From Chiloscyllium plagiosum (taxonomy: Eukaryota): 64,000 bases of DNA. The notes beneath the pieces are model-generated. The model was not told the DNA's origin, did no database searches, and saw nothing but the letters and a program-made list of their open reading frames with translations. Position 1 is the first letter of the stretch; each line of letters starts with the position of its first letter. Shown here piece after piece: positions 48,564-62,787 of this stretch. Where the stretch lies: NCBI RefSeq assembly GCF_004010195.1, contig NC_057760.1, positions 1,951,422-2,015,421 of the forward strand. The letters run 5' to 3'. A program made the position numbers and the translations under genes.

Positions 48564-51500
48564 AGGTCAGCACCCCGATCCCATGCCAGGTCCAGTACAG
48601 CACTGAATTAGGAAGGGATGGCCTATCTACTAGATTGGTTGAGCGGCACAACTGATTTTTAACCTGCGTGCTAAAGGCTAAAACAATAAAGATTTCCTCT
48701 GCTCCTCATAACCGAGCACTGTGCCTTTACCACTGACAGCAGGCAACTCAGCAGAAAATCATATTTAAAAGTGGCTGCTATATAGGACACAGTGGCCTTG
48801 GGCAGGGAAAAGAAAGACAGCCCACAAGAAAGACAGAATTGAAATCCACAATTCTGCAACCTTTTGTAATAAGGCAACATGATTGATGTTTAGTATGTAA
48901 ATTGTGTTGGCAAATGAAGGACATCTCATGTCAATTTCGAACCTGGCTGAGCTATTTACCAGGGCTTATGCCCAAAACATGGATTCTTCTGCTTCTCAGA
49001 TGCTGCCTGAACTGGCTGTGCTTTTCCAGCACCACACTTTGTCTGATTTCCATCAGCAGTCCTCACTTTCTCCCAGATTTTTAAATCATCAAGGGTTCAA
49101 AGGGGTATGGGGATGAGGCAGGAAAATGGAGGTGAGGACTATCGGATCAACCATGATCACATTGAATTGAGGAGCAGAGGCAATGGGCTGAATGGCCTAC
49201 ATCTGCTCCTACATTTTATGGTCAGTGCCCCTTTCTCCTTCAACATCTTTCTTTTGTTCAGCAACACTAAAGTTCCTCAATAGCATGTGACTGTTTGAAG
49301 ACAATGTGCTGAATCTCCCCTGGTTTCAAATACAGAAAACACAGATGTAGTACCATTTGGTTCGGTTCCCAGTGTTGAAGAAGTTTGCTCAGTTCAGTCT
49401 GTAATTTCCTGTTTTAATTTCCATCCTCACAGTCCGATCTATATTAAGAATTGGGTTTCCCCTATTGCATCTCAAATCAGGCATCTCAAACTCGACTTAA
49501 CACCCTGCATACATATGCATGGCCTGCTTAACATCTAAGTAACTTAACTAAGTGTCTTTGCACTCTAATGTGAATACAGTCAAAATAAAAGCTGTGTTGA
49601 ATATAAATGGCTTTCTTTTAAAAAAAAGTAACTGCTGGCATATAAATGATGCCCGAAATGTGCTAGAATGACAGCATATGTGACAGAGATGAATATAAAT
49701 TGCAGACCATTTACTGTTTCAATCAATATGATAATTTTTTTCAGCTCCAGACAACTTCTCAAACTTACTGTAGCTTATATGTGCAAAGCAGATGGTTGTT
49801 TATTTTAGAACCCACTAGGTAATTTCACATTTCAGTTTCACTGGCGTACCAATTTGCCGGAACTAGAAGCGCAAGAGACCCGTTCCCAACAAAATCCTTT
49901 GCACTTTCCATTTGCAAACCTCCCACACAGGTCAATTACTATCACACTCCCAGAAACCCTGTTGCCCTTCCTGAGAATAAATTGTGTGCCTAGCCAAAGC
50001 ATGACCCTATTCAGTATTATTCCTTGATTCCAAAGAAGTGCCATATCCCAAATGTAGAAACTGCTAAGTACCACATAACTTAAAAAAAAAAGTTCACTCA
50101 ATCTTCAGTGACTTTACTGAGCATGGAAATTCATGTGTAGCTCAGGAGTGCAGAACATAGTCACAGAATTATCACCACTAGAAGAGGTTTAGCGTGTCAT
50201 GTCTGCACAGATACTCTGAATATACTATAGAAAAGTACAACATAGGAGCAGGCCCTTTGGCCCTTCATCTCTATGTTGACCATGAAGCTATTCTAAACTA
50301 ATCCCATCTGTCTACACATGGTTCCTTCCTATCGGTCTAAACATCTCAAACATTGCTACCATATCTGGTTCTAGCATCACCCCTAGCAACGCATTCCAGG
50401 CACCTACCACTCTTAAAAAAAAAAAATTGCCTCACGTATCTTATTTAAACTTTCCCCCTCTCACCTTAAACCTATGCCACTCTCCTTTTTTTGACATTTC
50501 CACTCTGGGAAAAAGATTCCGCAACCCATCTTATCTGTGCTTTTCATGATTTTTAAAATATTTCTCAGGTTGTCCCTCAGCCTCAGAGGATTTCATTTCA
50601 TGCAACTCTCCTGCCTTCTCCTCATGATCCTGCACATTGATCCTTTTCAAATAAGTCTCATTCCATTTTGAATGCCTCAACTGAACCTGCCTCTACCACT
50701 CTATCAGGAAGTATTCACCAGATCCTAACCACTCAGTGTGAAAACGTTTCTCATGCCATCTTTACCTATCTGCCAATTACTTTATACCTGTGCTCTCGCA
50801 AATTCAAACTGGAAACAAACTAAAAACAAACTAAATGGGAGGAGCAGGATGGAAAATTGCACCAGTATAGAACTAGGACAAGCAAGAGCATTTAAAAATG
50901 TGTGAAAGCAGAGAACTGAGCTGGTCTCTCAATCACTTCAGTTCAATTGTAAATCAAGTTTCAATCCGTGAAGGAAACATGTGAGTAACCAAATACTCAG
51001 AATTTACATAGGGCTACGCAGTTTCCTGGATCTCTGCTGCCTTTGCAGAAATTAGCAATGGCGAAACTGATCAGTCCAAGCGTCTCAAACTAGAGAGAAG
51101 GCAGGAAACTTACAAACGAACAAGTAACATAAGACAGCTGCTGCATACTGTCTTGTAACCCTGGTACACCGACACACACACACACAATTCCTCCTCTCTC
51201 ATCACCCCAACCTCTCCCTCACAGTGAAACAAACTCCAGCATACACCCGATGAGTCAATACACCAAGCCATTTTGATTCAATGTCATTCCCTCAACAGCT
51301 ACACTAGGAGGTAACAAGCTACAGGACAATGAGTGTTTCAAAGTTACAGGTACAATTCTGCCGGTTATGTCAAATTCCAATTGACTACAATTGTGAATAG
51401 TCGACTGTATTTCCGAGCTAGAGAGGAAAAAGCTGGTAATTGGAATGTCATTACCATGCTGCATAGCTAGCAAACAGCTTCCAATTGACAGATATAAACT

Positions 51501-54500
51501 AAAAACCGCAAACACTGATCAGGCAATATCTGTAGAGGGAGAAAGAGTGCAGATGTTTCAAACCCATGATACTTCATTTCACTGTTTCTTTGAACACTGG
51601 AATAAACACCATGGAGAGGTGATGTAGTTATCAGTAATCAACAACATTGGCAAAGTTTCACCCACCAATCATTCTACGCCTCTCAAAGCTGACATTCTAG
51701 AGGCCACCATCTCCTTGGTCTAGGTTATATTTCAAATGCAGTCTGCTTTGGCAGTTAATGTATACCATCCATCTTATTCACTTGGAAAATAATCCAAGTG
51801 AAGGAGAACTGAATACGAGCAGTGTTTTAAAACTGGGATTGCTGCATATCTGAAGTCAGACACACGCCTTAAATTTCTGGGCCATAGAATCATACGGCAC
51901 AGAAACAGACCCTTTGGTCAAACCAGTCCATGTCAACCATGTTCCCAGACTAAACTGGTCCCACTTGCCTGCACTTGGCCTATATCACTCCAAGTATTTC
52001 TTCCTTACGCACTTATCTAAATGTCTTTTAAATGATGTAACAGTGCATGCATTCACCTCTGTCTGAAAGTTTATTCCTTACAAGAACAACTGTGTAAAAA
52101 CGGTGCGGAGTATCATGTAACCATCTCTGTTTCTGACCTTATACTAGAGAAAAGGGCACTGGTAGAAGCAGCTGAAGATGGTTGGGCTTGGGACGTTATC
52201 CTGAGGAACACCTGCAGTGATGTCAGGAGCCGAGACGGCTGACTTCCACAACCAACTTATTTTATGCCAGGTATGACTCGAAACAGCCGAAAGCTCCCCC
52301 CACAACCCTTTCCTGTTGTCTCCAGTTTTGCTGGAACATCTCGATGCAACACTCAGTGGAATGCTGCCTTGACTCCTTCAGCTTATTTGCAATGTTTGAG
52401 CCAAGGTCTGTAATGAGGCAAAAATACTCTGGTGGAATGCAAATGGAGCAGGTTAGTGGGCAGGTTTTTACTAATCGAGTGCTGTTCCGCAGTGGCCGAT
52501 ATCCTTTCACCAAGTGACCCTTTATTTACATGTGGAGAGTCCTTAACACTGATCTAGCTCCCTCCGAGCCAGCTCTCAGTGAACAGATCCTCTGAGACTC
52601 CCGTTTATACCTGTCAGCCAGGGCTTGCCGATTGGGACTGTTAATCTGGAGGTCTGTGAGGTACACCTAGCTGATCTGCTTACACTATGCACAGCACTGT
52701 TGGTAAGCCCTTCCATCGTTTTACTGATGCTTGAGCATTGACTGATGGGGTAATAATTGGCCATGTTGGATTTGTTTCACTTATTGTGCACAGGAATAAT
52801 ACCCCTGAACAATTTTTCATATTGTCAACAGACACCAGTGTGGTAGGCATACTGGAACAGTTTGGACAGGAGTGCAGTAAATTCCAGAGAACAAGTCTTC
52901 AGGAGTGTTGCTGGATTATTGTGAGGATGCGGTCCAAGTATGCTTTTCCCTTATGTTGATTCCTTCAACACTTGACACAGACCCAGTTTAGCAGTTATGC
53001 CCCTTAGAACTCTATCAGCTCAAATCAGTAGCAGTACAGGTGAGTCACCCTTGGTGATGGACATTGAAGTATAACACATTCCGCACCCTTGCCAACCTCA
53101 GTGCTTCCTGCAAGTGATGGTCAATGCGAAAGAGTACTGATTCATTACCATGTAAACTCACATTGCAAGCTAATCAACAGGGTACTTCATTGCACATGTT
53201 TGACCTGATGCCAGGAGACTTCATGGGTTCCAAAGTCAATGTTAAGGACGTCCAAGGAAACTCCTAATTGTACACCACTGTTCAACCCAGCCAGTTCAGC
53301 AGACCTTGGTCAATTAATGCACCACACCCTTGTCAAACTCTCATCGTGAGAACGGAATCATTTGTACCTGAACGTGGCCACCTGACACCACACATCAGCC
53401 CAAATGTGGCTTTGGCAATTCTGCAGGTCAAGGCAGATTAATGCACAAGCATAAATTACTGCAATAATAATTCAGACAAAGTAGTTTCATTGGCAGTCAA
53501 GTGTAGACCAGAAGATCAAGAAGATAACAAAATGCCAAGACGGCAACCGAGACAAATGTTAGCAATCTCCGCAGGATAAACAGCAAAACATTTTTAAAAA
53601 CAAGAACAGTTATTAAAAACGGGAAGTTTCAAACCATATGATGTAGAATTTTGCAAACAAATTCCAAGACATGACAAAATCAAGAAACAAGCAAGAACTT
53701 CCCTCCTTAAAAATGGTGAAAGAGGTACCTTTTCTCATATTTGTCTGAGAGAACAGACAGGTCCTTAATCGAATCTCAAAAGAAAAAGGCACCTTCTTAG
53801 TACTGTACTGGATTGTCGGCCTAAACGAATGTGATCAGGCCCTGGTGGGGGCTTTGAACCCACAGTTTTCTAACTCAGAGGCCAGTGAGCCATTGCGCTG
53901 AACATTAGCAGCTAGCATCATGGCCACCAAAGGCTGAGCAAAAGGTGTCACTGATATGGAAGATGCCATTATTGAATAAGCAAAAAAAAAATCATAAAGA
54001 TTGGGAGGATCAGCAATTGGAAATGCAGAGTTACAGGGATAATATAGGAATCTGGGTGGAATGCTCTTTGGAGGGTCATTGTGGATTCAATGGGCCAAAT
54101 TGTCAGCTTCACACTGGAGGGATTCTATGATAATTGGGTGAAAACTAGAATGAAGATCCAGAATAAGAACAACCTCATGAACAGTCGGAATCTGAATGGA
54201 AGAGAAAACACAATAAAGACAAAGCCATCTGCCATCATCTGTAAAGACAAAAGGGATCCCTGTGGGCAGGGGTAACTCAACTAAGAAAAAATAACTGACA
54301 ATGAAATGGGTAAATAAAGGCTCAGGTCAAAGCTGGTAAAGGATTGAAAAATAGAAAACAATAAGCAGCAGTTGTATTAAAAGCTGAATAAGATTTTTTT
54401 TTAAAAAAGTCAACACATGGTGAACCTCAACTAAACCCTAAAGGGAGTGCAGGAAGGGAGATCTGGAGTGTATACACATGTACACATCGATGAAGGTGCC

Positions 54501-55816
54501 AAGGCAAGTTACGAATGTTGGTTAAAAGGCCACGGAATATCCCAGACACAGAACACAAGCAAGGAAGTTACGACAAGTTTGAATAATCCAGGTTTAGGCA
54601 CAGTTCTTTAGGAAAGATGTGGCTTTAGTAAGGATGCAGAAAAGGTTGGCAAGCACCTCAGGGATTCGGGGTACGGGAGAAGCTGGCTTGCTTTCTTTTG
54701 AGACACCCGAGAGGAGATTTCATTGAGATCATCAAAATTTATAGACCAATCTTGACACTTTACAGAGAAAAACTGTACCTAATGGTAGAACAGTCAAAAG
54801 TCAGAGGATACAGATATAAAGGTGAATAGCAAAACAATAAAGACAATAGGAGGTAAAGGCTTTTTAGGGTGCACACATTCATTACTTTTGGCTTTCATAA
54901 GTGGGTGCAAAAAGCACCCGAAGAGGAAAAAAAAATCCGCAGGGCTTTAAAGGCTGGAAAAGCAGGAGGAGTTGAATTGTGGCAGAGATCAAGAACGGTG
55001 AAGACGAGCCAAATGGCCTCCAGCTCTGTGGTAATAATTGTACAATTATATAAAGAGGACTGGTTAGCACAGTTGGCTAGATGGCTAGAGCATCATGCAG
55101 AATATCGCCGACAGTGGTTGAAAGCCTGTCTCCACACCTTGCCTATTGCTGACCGAATGGTGCCCTTCACACATGGACAGAAGTGAAATGTCTCTCTCCA
55201 ATGGGGAGGCAGAGGGACACTATTGAAATTACACAAGTACACTATACAGGCATAAAACTGAAATGAAATGGAGATCAGAAAGGCAGGAGATGAAGGAGGG
55301 CAGGATAAGGGCCTGCACAACAGCTAATTTTATAATATCACAAATCAGCTAAATTGATAATCCAGAGCAATTATGGCTTCGGAGTCTGATTCACAGTCAG
55401 TTTTCACTTGCAATCCATATTCTAATTAAATGAGACCCCTACTCTGTGTAGAATTAGCAATGAAATTTACCTCCTGCAATTGGTCCAGTGCATTTCAGAT
55501 CAAGGTTCGACCCACTCTGAAGGGACGAGGGGGGGTGCTCAGTCAATAATATTTGTTTTGTGTATTTACAGAGTCTACCCCATCCAAAGATTTGGCAAGT
55601 TCCCACTCCTCAAGGAGATTTGACATTTGAAAAGAAATACAAGGTACTTACTTTTTGAGAAGAGGAGGATTTGGATTAAAAAGTACAACACCTACATATT
55701 CTTTTCTAAATTAATCTTGGACAGCTGCTCTTCTTTCAGTCATATAAAGAGAAATTCCACTCTAGACAATTATTCCCTGCACACTGCTACTGGACAAGAT
55801 TGGAGATGCTTGCTTT

Positions 55817-56916
55817 AGGATTGGAGGTGCTTGCTTCCCAGGCACATGCAGTTCGTTACCTTGGAGATATGATGTGGAGGAGCTGGTGTTGGACTGGAGT
55901 GGACAAAGTTAAAAATCACAACACCAGGTTATAGCCAAACAGGTTTATTTGGAAGCACTAGCTTTCGGAGCGCTGCTTCTTCATCAGGTATCCTGTCACC
56001 ACCTTCAACCACACCTGAATTAGTCTCTACCAGAGAAAAAAAAATCTTGAGCAGATATTACTTAGTAGATCATCTACTTAACCTACAGCAACTCAATTTA
56101 ATGCTTAGTGTTTTAAACTCACCTGGATAAGATGGTGCTCACATATCACAGGTCCACAGACAAAGCATTAGACAGATCCCTCATGTCGTCTGCTTAGAAT
56201 AAATTAAATGGAAGATGTTAGGCACCATGTGGATCTTGTTGACTTCGAGATCCTTGACTGGAGTTGTTAACCTGGGCAAACCAGGAAGTCCTAGAAGAAA
56301 GTGAGGACTGCAGATGCTGGAGATCAGAAGTGAAAAGTACAGCATCCGAGGAGCGGGAGAGTTGACGTTTCGAGCAGGAAACCTGATGAAGAGCTCATTC
56401 TCGAAATGTCGATACTCCTGCTCTCCCAATCTGGAATCCCTGGATGACAAACAAACAGGGGATTTAGAATCCCCTCAGTTCAGGGGACTGACTCCAAGCT
56501 GGCTAGTCAAACAGCCAGTGTTAAAAAAAAAGAAAAAATAAACAGGGGGATTGGGCCTTGTGAAGAAATACAGCCCCTACCTCTGATCTGGGTTCAAGTC
56601 CCTCGTACTCCAGACATATGTAAGCATCTCTGAATAGATTGTTTAGGAAAAAATAGGTATAAACAGGAGATTTAGAATCTCCTCAGTACAGGAGATTGAT
56701 TGCAAGCTGGCTAGCCACAAGTTAGTAAAGGGTGACTTGGTGACAGGATACCTGATGAAGAAGCAGCACTCCGAAAGCTTCCAAATAAACCCGTTCGGCT
56801 ATAACCTGGTGTTGTGATTTTTAACTTTGTCCACTCCAGTCCAACATCAGCCCCTCCACATCATATCTCCAAGATAATGAACTGCATGTGCCAGAGAAGC
56901 AAGCACTTCCAATCCT
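55817..56916. repeat. ~180-bp inverted repeat pair (55817-56001 / 56738-56916), each arm with a hammerhead-like core
   Basis: Arms are reverse complements with scattered mismatches; CTGATGAAGAAGCAGC(G/A)CTCCGAAAGCT occurs in both arms. Confidence 0.85.
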
Positions 56917-59900
56917 TCTGGCATTCTTGTCATCCCCAAAATTACAGGCTTCCAGATTGGTGCACCACTCTCTCAGCTGCCCACTAACAACATTAAAGTT
57001 TTAATTATCACTAGAAAACAAACCCTTCAAACAGAAGTGACAAGCACCTCCGCACATTTGCTTTAAAAAAAAGCAGTGCAGCAACCAGGCTGACTCAGAT
57101 CCAACATAATAGGGTTTGCTATATCCAAACTATACTTTTAATGTTAGTATATAGCAATGCTTGCTGCATTCCTGATATATTGCTTCTAGCAATAGAATCT
57201 CTTCCGTTACAGAGGTTACAAGGACATAATGAAATCAATGGACAAATTATCTAAACAGCTTGCAAAGTCAATCAATTGTATTCATTACTGCTTCTGATTT
57301 TGTGATGGGGAACGTCAAGAATGTTTCAACAACACGTGGCATTCCTGTTTGCTGTTTGGATATAAAAATATACATATAAAATGGTAAAAAATTTGCATGT
57401 GGAGTTGTTAAGATTGTGATAAATTTGCCAGTAAAAATCAAGAAAAGCAAAATTCCTTAGTTCACAACTGTGATTTTTCACTGTGACCCATCGCACCCAA
57501 GGTGGAACGGTTACTTTGACTACTTATCTATTTACATTGACCAAGTGCATTTGATGTGCTCAAGGATTATCTGATCAAAATTCACATGTAATTAATTTAC
57601 ACACTCCTCCATCGCCTTGTCTAATTTTCACTCCTCTTCAGAGGATACATAATAATGATAGAGCACAGCTTTAGTCATCAGCATTTCTCCAACACCTCCA
57701 TTACTCACATTATGTTGGAATTCAGACAACTAACACTGACAGACTATGTGATTGCAGAATCAATCTGGCCCTCAATGACCAACACGTGTGCACTTTTCTA
57801 GCAGGTGCACAGAGGGAAGAGAGGGGCTGGGAGGAGAGAAGAGAAGAAATCATGGACAAGACAAAGTCCCATTCATCCCAAACACCAACAGATGCACTTT
57901 ACCAGGAGGCCACTGAACAGACAGCAGGAATTTGGGACTTTATTTTAAACTTCCTCTAAGTAACATAAATTGTAATGTCAAGGTGCCCTTTGGAAACGAA
58001 AGTTTCCAACTATAACAGAAGTTGGGATATGTGGGTCTGGACATTTCAGTTCAAGAAGATGGAAACTTACAAATATTAGTAGCCCATTGAGCCTCCCCCA
58101 CCCACAAAAAAGATCATGCCTTTTATGCATCTATTTCCCATAACCTTGAATGCACTGCACGCAGAAATCTATCAATTTCTACCTGAAACATACCTCAGAC
58201 TGAGCTTCACAATCTTCTGTGGTAGAGATTTCGCCGGGGTGGGGAAAGAAGAGTTGGTGGTTGTGTGTGCATGTGAACGAGAGGCGGAGGCCTGGAGGGG
58301 ATGGGGGCAAATGTAAACTTCCCCAGTTCTCTCCCCCCTCCCCCCCCAGTGAAAAATAATGGCTTGAAAGAACTGTATTCACATAGTTTCACTAATGCAG
58401 AAGATTTGTGAAGTGCAAACATTAGACATTTCTGAGAAAGGGTCACTCGACCTGAAACTTTAACCGATTTCTCTCCACAGTTGCTGCCAGACCTGCCGTG
58501 CTTTCCCAGCAATCTCTATTTTGTTACGAACATTAGGCATATAGATTTTCAAAGAGAAACTTGTCTGTGTATTTAATATATCTCAAATAAATGTGCGCCT
58601 TATAGCTGTTTCACACAAAGTTCCCACAAACAGCAGGACAAATGTCACATGCAGTTTTTTTTTGGTGGGTTTTAAGGACACCAAGTAACCTCCTGTCTTT
58701 GACAGTATAAACCCACCTTGGGTCATTAAGGCAGCTGGCTCAGATTGGAATAGTCTAACATAGGAAAGCACTCTGCACTGGGTCCTAGCACAAACCACTG
58801 CACTGCCTGAATGTTCATAAATAGGCACCTCTTCTGATTCTGATATTTGACGTCAATACTGCCATTCCAAGGTCAAAGACTGCAGCTGGAACATGCTATG
58901 CAGGAAGCAGGACTGTGCTCTGTGCTTTATTAACCATACACTCAAACCAAACGCTTCAATCCCAGCAAAAACTTTCAGCTTTTCCAGTCAGGCAGCCAAT
59001 GCTGCCATTAGGTTTACTCAGAGGGCAAGTACAGCAAGGCTCTAAATGCAGAATAAAGCTCCTTCTACACTGTCCCTATCAATCAGATAGAAAGTAAAGG
59101 AGGAGATGGCTTTTTTTTTTGATGAGGAGAGTTTCAGCTAAGTGCTTGATTGTTCTTTTAAGATTTTAAATTTGTTTTTATCTTTTGCATGCTTAAGATT
59201 AAAATCTGTGGGTAAGGAAGGGTAGTTTTTTTTTAAAAACAGAAGGTGCATCTAAGAGCTTCTTTTTAGGCCTAAGGTCACTCAAGAGACACTGTGATGG
59301 TTAGTAGATTTAGAGAGGTGGTTACATAGCATGATCATTCAGATACTGCAAACAACATGGTGGAGATCACAGCAGGTCAGACAGCATCCAGGGACAGCAA
59401 GCTAATGTTGAGTCTAGATGGATCAGTCAGATAGATGGGTGACTGTCAGGGAAGGCAGAAATGTCCTGTAGCTATTCCTCTCTCAAACAGATATTCCATT
59501 TTGGATACGGTTAAAGGGGATAGTCTTTCAGAGGAAAGCAGAAGCAGCAGTCAGATCTTGGGCACTAAGAATTAGTCTTACGTTAACTGGGGCTTAAGGT
59601 TCAAAAGAATAATTGTTAAAGGGGACTGCCCTGTCAGGGGCACAGACTGGAGATCCTGCAGCCGTGAGCATGAATCTCAGATATTACGCTGCCTTCCTCG
59701 TGCCAGGGTTTAGGACATCTCAAAGCAGTTGAAGCATACTGCCAAAGGGAAGAGTGAGTAGCCGAAAGACATTGGTAGGACAGAGGTAGTAAAGGGTTCA
59801 GACTTTGCAGAGTAAATATGAGGTTAGCTTGAAGGCTAAAAAAGCAGAACCTCACAAGTAGCAATCTCTTTTACTTCCACGTTCTAATCAGTAGGAATAA

Positions 59901-60526
59901 AAAGATAGAGCAGATAGATCAATTGGTTAATAGATGGTGCAATGTGCAAAGATTCAGATTTTTGAATAATTGGAATCTCTTCCAGAAAGACTTTCTGTTC
60001 AAAAGGGACAGGTTTCACCTTAACTTGAAAGGGACCAATATCCTTGCGGGAGATTAGCTAGTTCTATTTTGGGAGCCCTTAAACTAGTAGAAAGGGGCAG
60101 TTCCTACGTAGCAGTGAACTGATATAGAATGGGTGTGAATCAGAAAAGAGAAATTGGATTAGAAAAGACAGACAAGAGCAAGTCAGAGAACAAGGTAACT
60201 CTGAAGAATTAAACTGCATTTATTTCAATGCAAGGGGTCTTACAGGTAAGGCTGATGAAATCAGGGAACAGAAGTTATTACAGAATCTTGGCTGAGGGAA
60301 GGACAGGACTGGCAGCTCAGTGTACCAGGTTTTGGATATTATAGACAGGATAGAAAGGGAGGTGAGACAGAGAGGGAGTCGCATTTGCAATTAAGGAAAA
60401 TATTACAACTGTAATTAGAGAGGATATTTCTGAGGGATCATCCAGTGAAACTATATGGGTAGAAATTAGAAAGGATGATGACCTCGATGGGATTATACTA
60501 TTGTCCTTTCAATAGTCAGAGGGAAA

Positions 60527-60856
60527 TTAGATTAGATTAGATTAGATTACTTACAGTGTGGAAACAGGCCCTTCGGCCCAACAAGTCCACACCGACCCGC
60601 CAAAGCGTAACCCACCCAGACCCATTCTCCTACATTTACCCCTTCACCTAACACTACGGGCAATTTAGCATGGCCAATTCACCTAACCCCTGCACATTTT
60701 TGGATTGTGGGAGGAAACCGGAGCACCCGGAGGAAACCCACGCAGACACGGGGAGAATGTGCAAACTCCACACAGAGAGTCGCCTGAGGCGGGAATTGAA
60801 CCCGGGTCTCTGGCGCTGTGAAGCAGCAGTGCTAACCACTGTGCTACCGTGCCGCC
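60527..60856 (-). mobile_element. HE1-like SINE inserted in a CR1 endonuclease region
   Basis: Full SINE on the minus strand; CR1 sequence (..agagggaaatt / aaattgaggaacaa..) resumes on both sides. Confidence 0.88.
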
Positions 60857-62558
60857 CAAATTGAGGAACAAATATGTAAAGAGATCTCAGATATATGTTA
60901 AAGGCTTGGATAGTGAGGAATTTGTTAAATGTATTCATGAAAATTTTCTTTATCAATATATAAATGTACCTACCAGAGAAGCAGCAAAACTTGACCTCTT
61001 GGGAAATAAGACAGAGCAAAAGACTGAAGTGTTAGTAGGGAAACACTCTGGGAGTGACCATAATCCTATTAACCTTACAAGTCATGGAAAAAATAAGCCT
61101 TCCATAAACATTAAAGTATTTAACTGAAATAAGGGAAATTTTAAATAAGGGGAGATAAAAACTTTCAAATGGTGATTAGAATAGACTGTTCGCAGGGAAA
61201 GGGACAACTGGCAATTGGGAGGCTTTCAAAACTATGATGAGAGTTCACAGGCAATGTGTTCCTGTTAAAAGGCAAAGCTGGTAAGAATAGGGAACAATGG
61301 ACGAATAAAGATATTGAGGCTATGAGAATCTCACACTAGACATAGACAATGGGGATCAAATGAATCCCTTGAGTATAAAGAGAGCAGTAAACTTTTGTTT
61401 ACATGGACTTTAGTAAAGTCTTTGACAAGGTTCCACATAGTAGACTAATTAGTAATGTTACATCAAATGGGATTCAGGATAAGCTTGCCAATTGGATACA
61501 AAATTGGCTTGACAGTAGGAGACAGGTGCTGGTGATGGAGGGTTGCTTTTTGGACTGGAGGCCCGTGACCAGCGGTGTTCTACGAGGATCAGTACTGGGT
61601 CCACTTTTGTTTGCCACTTAGAAGACCAGAAGAAATAGGAGTGGAAGTAAGGCTATTGGATGAGAATATAGGAGGCATGGTTAGTAAGTTTGTGGATGAC
61701 ACGAAAATTGGTGGTATAGTGGACAGTGAAGGAGATTATCTCAAATTACAAAGAAATCTTGATCAATCCTATAGGAAGGGTGTTTTGAAACTTGAAAGGG
61801 TTCAGAAAATATTTATAAGGATATTGCCAGTGTTGGAGGGTCTAAGCTATAGGGAGAGGCTGAATAGTGTTTTCTCTGGACAACTGGAGGCTGAGGGGTG
61901 ACCTTATTGAGGTTTATAAAATCATGAGGGGCATGGATAAGGTAAGTAGATAGGGTCTTTTCCTTGATATGAGTCCAGAACAAAGGGGATAAGTTGAGGG
62001 TGAGAGGGGAAAGGTTTAAAAGGGACCTAAGAGGCAACATTTTCATGCAGAGGGGGTGCATGTATGTAATGAGCTGCCAAAGGAAGTAGGGGGCAGGCTG
62101 GGATAATTACAACATTTAAAAGGCATCTGGATGGGTATATGAATAGGAAGGGTTTAAGAGGGATATGGGCCAAGTGCTGGCAAATGGGACTAGATTAATT
62201 TCAGATATCTGGTTGGCATGGACAAGTTGGACTGAAGGGGCTGCTGTACATGTCTATGATTCTAACTGGGTCAATGGGATGAGGATTGGCAGATGGACTT
62301 TAATTTGGATCAATATGAGGTATTGCATTTTGGTAAAACAAACAAGGGCAGGACTTACACAGTTAATGGTAGGGCCCTGGGGAGTGTTGTATAAAAGAGA
62401 CAGCGAGGAGTTCAGGTAGATAATCCTTTGAAATTTGCACCACAGGTAGACAGAGTGGTTAAGGTGCTTAGCATGCTTGCCTCATTGCTCAGACCACAGA
62501 GTAGGAATTGGGACTGAAGTCATACAGAACATTGGTGAGGCCTCTTCTGGAGCAGTGT

Positions 62559-62787
62559 ACACAGATCTGGTCTGAAAATGTGTTGCTGGAACAGCGCAGC
62601 AGGTCAGACAGCATCCAGGGAACAGGAGAATCGACGTTTCGGGCACAAAACCTGAAGGGCTTATGCCCGAAACGTCGATTCTCCTGTTCCCTGGATGCTG
62701 TCTGACCTGCTTCGCTGTTCCAGCAACACATTTTCAGCTCTGATCTCCAGCATCTGCAGACCTCACTTTCTCCACACAGATCTGGTC
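62559..62787. mobile_element. Fold-back Penelope-type element inserted in a CR1, 14-bp TSD
   Basis: ACACAGATCTGGTC at 62559 and 62774; ~74-bp arms (62572-62645 and 62664-62737) with one mismatch. Confidence 0.85.

Noticed and set aside
52478..52686. Possible short solo LTR inside an old LINE fragment
   Set aside because: One terminus and the TSD could not be defined from the sequence alone.
48600..59000. Constitutive ADAR first exon or a neighbouring gene
   Set aside because: No CpG island, recognisable coding exon or convincing promoter seen; mostly old repeats and AT-rich DNA.
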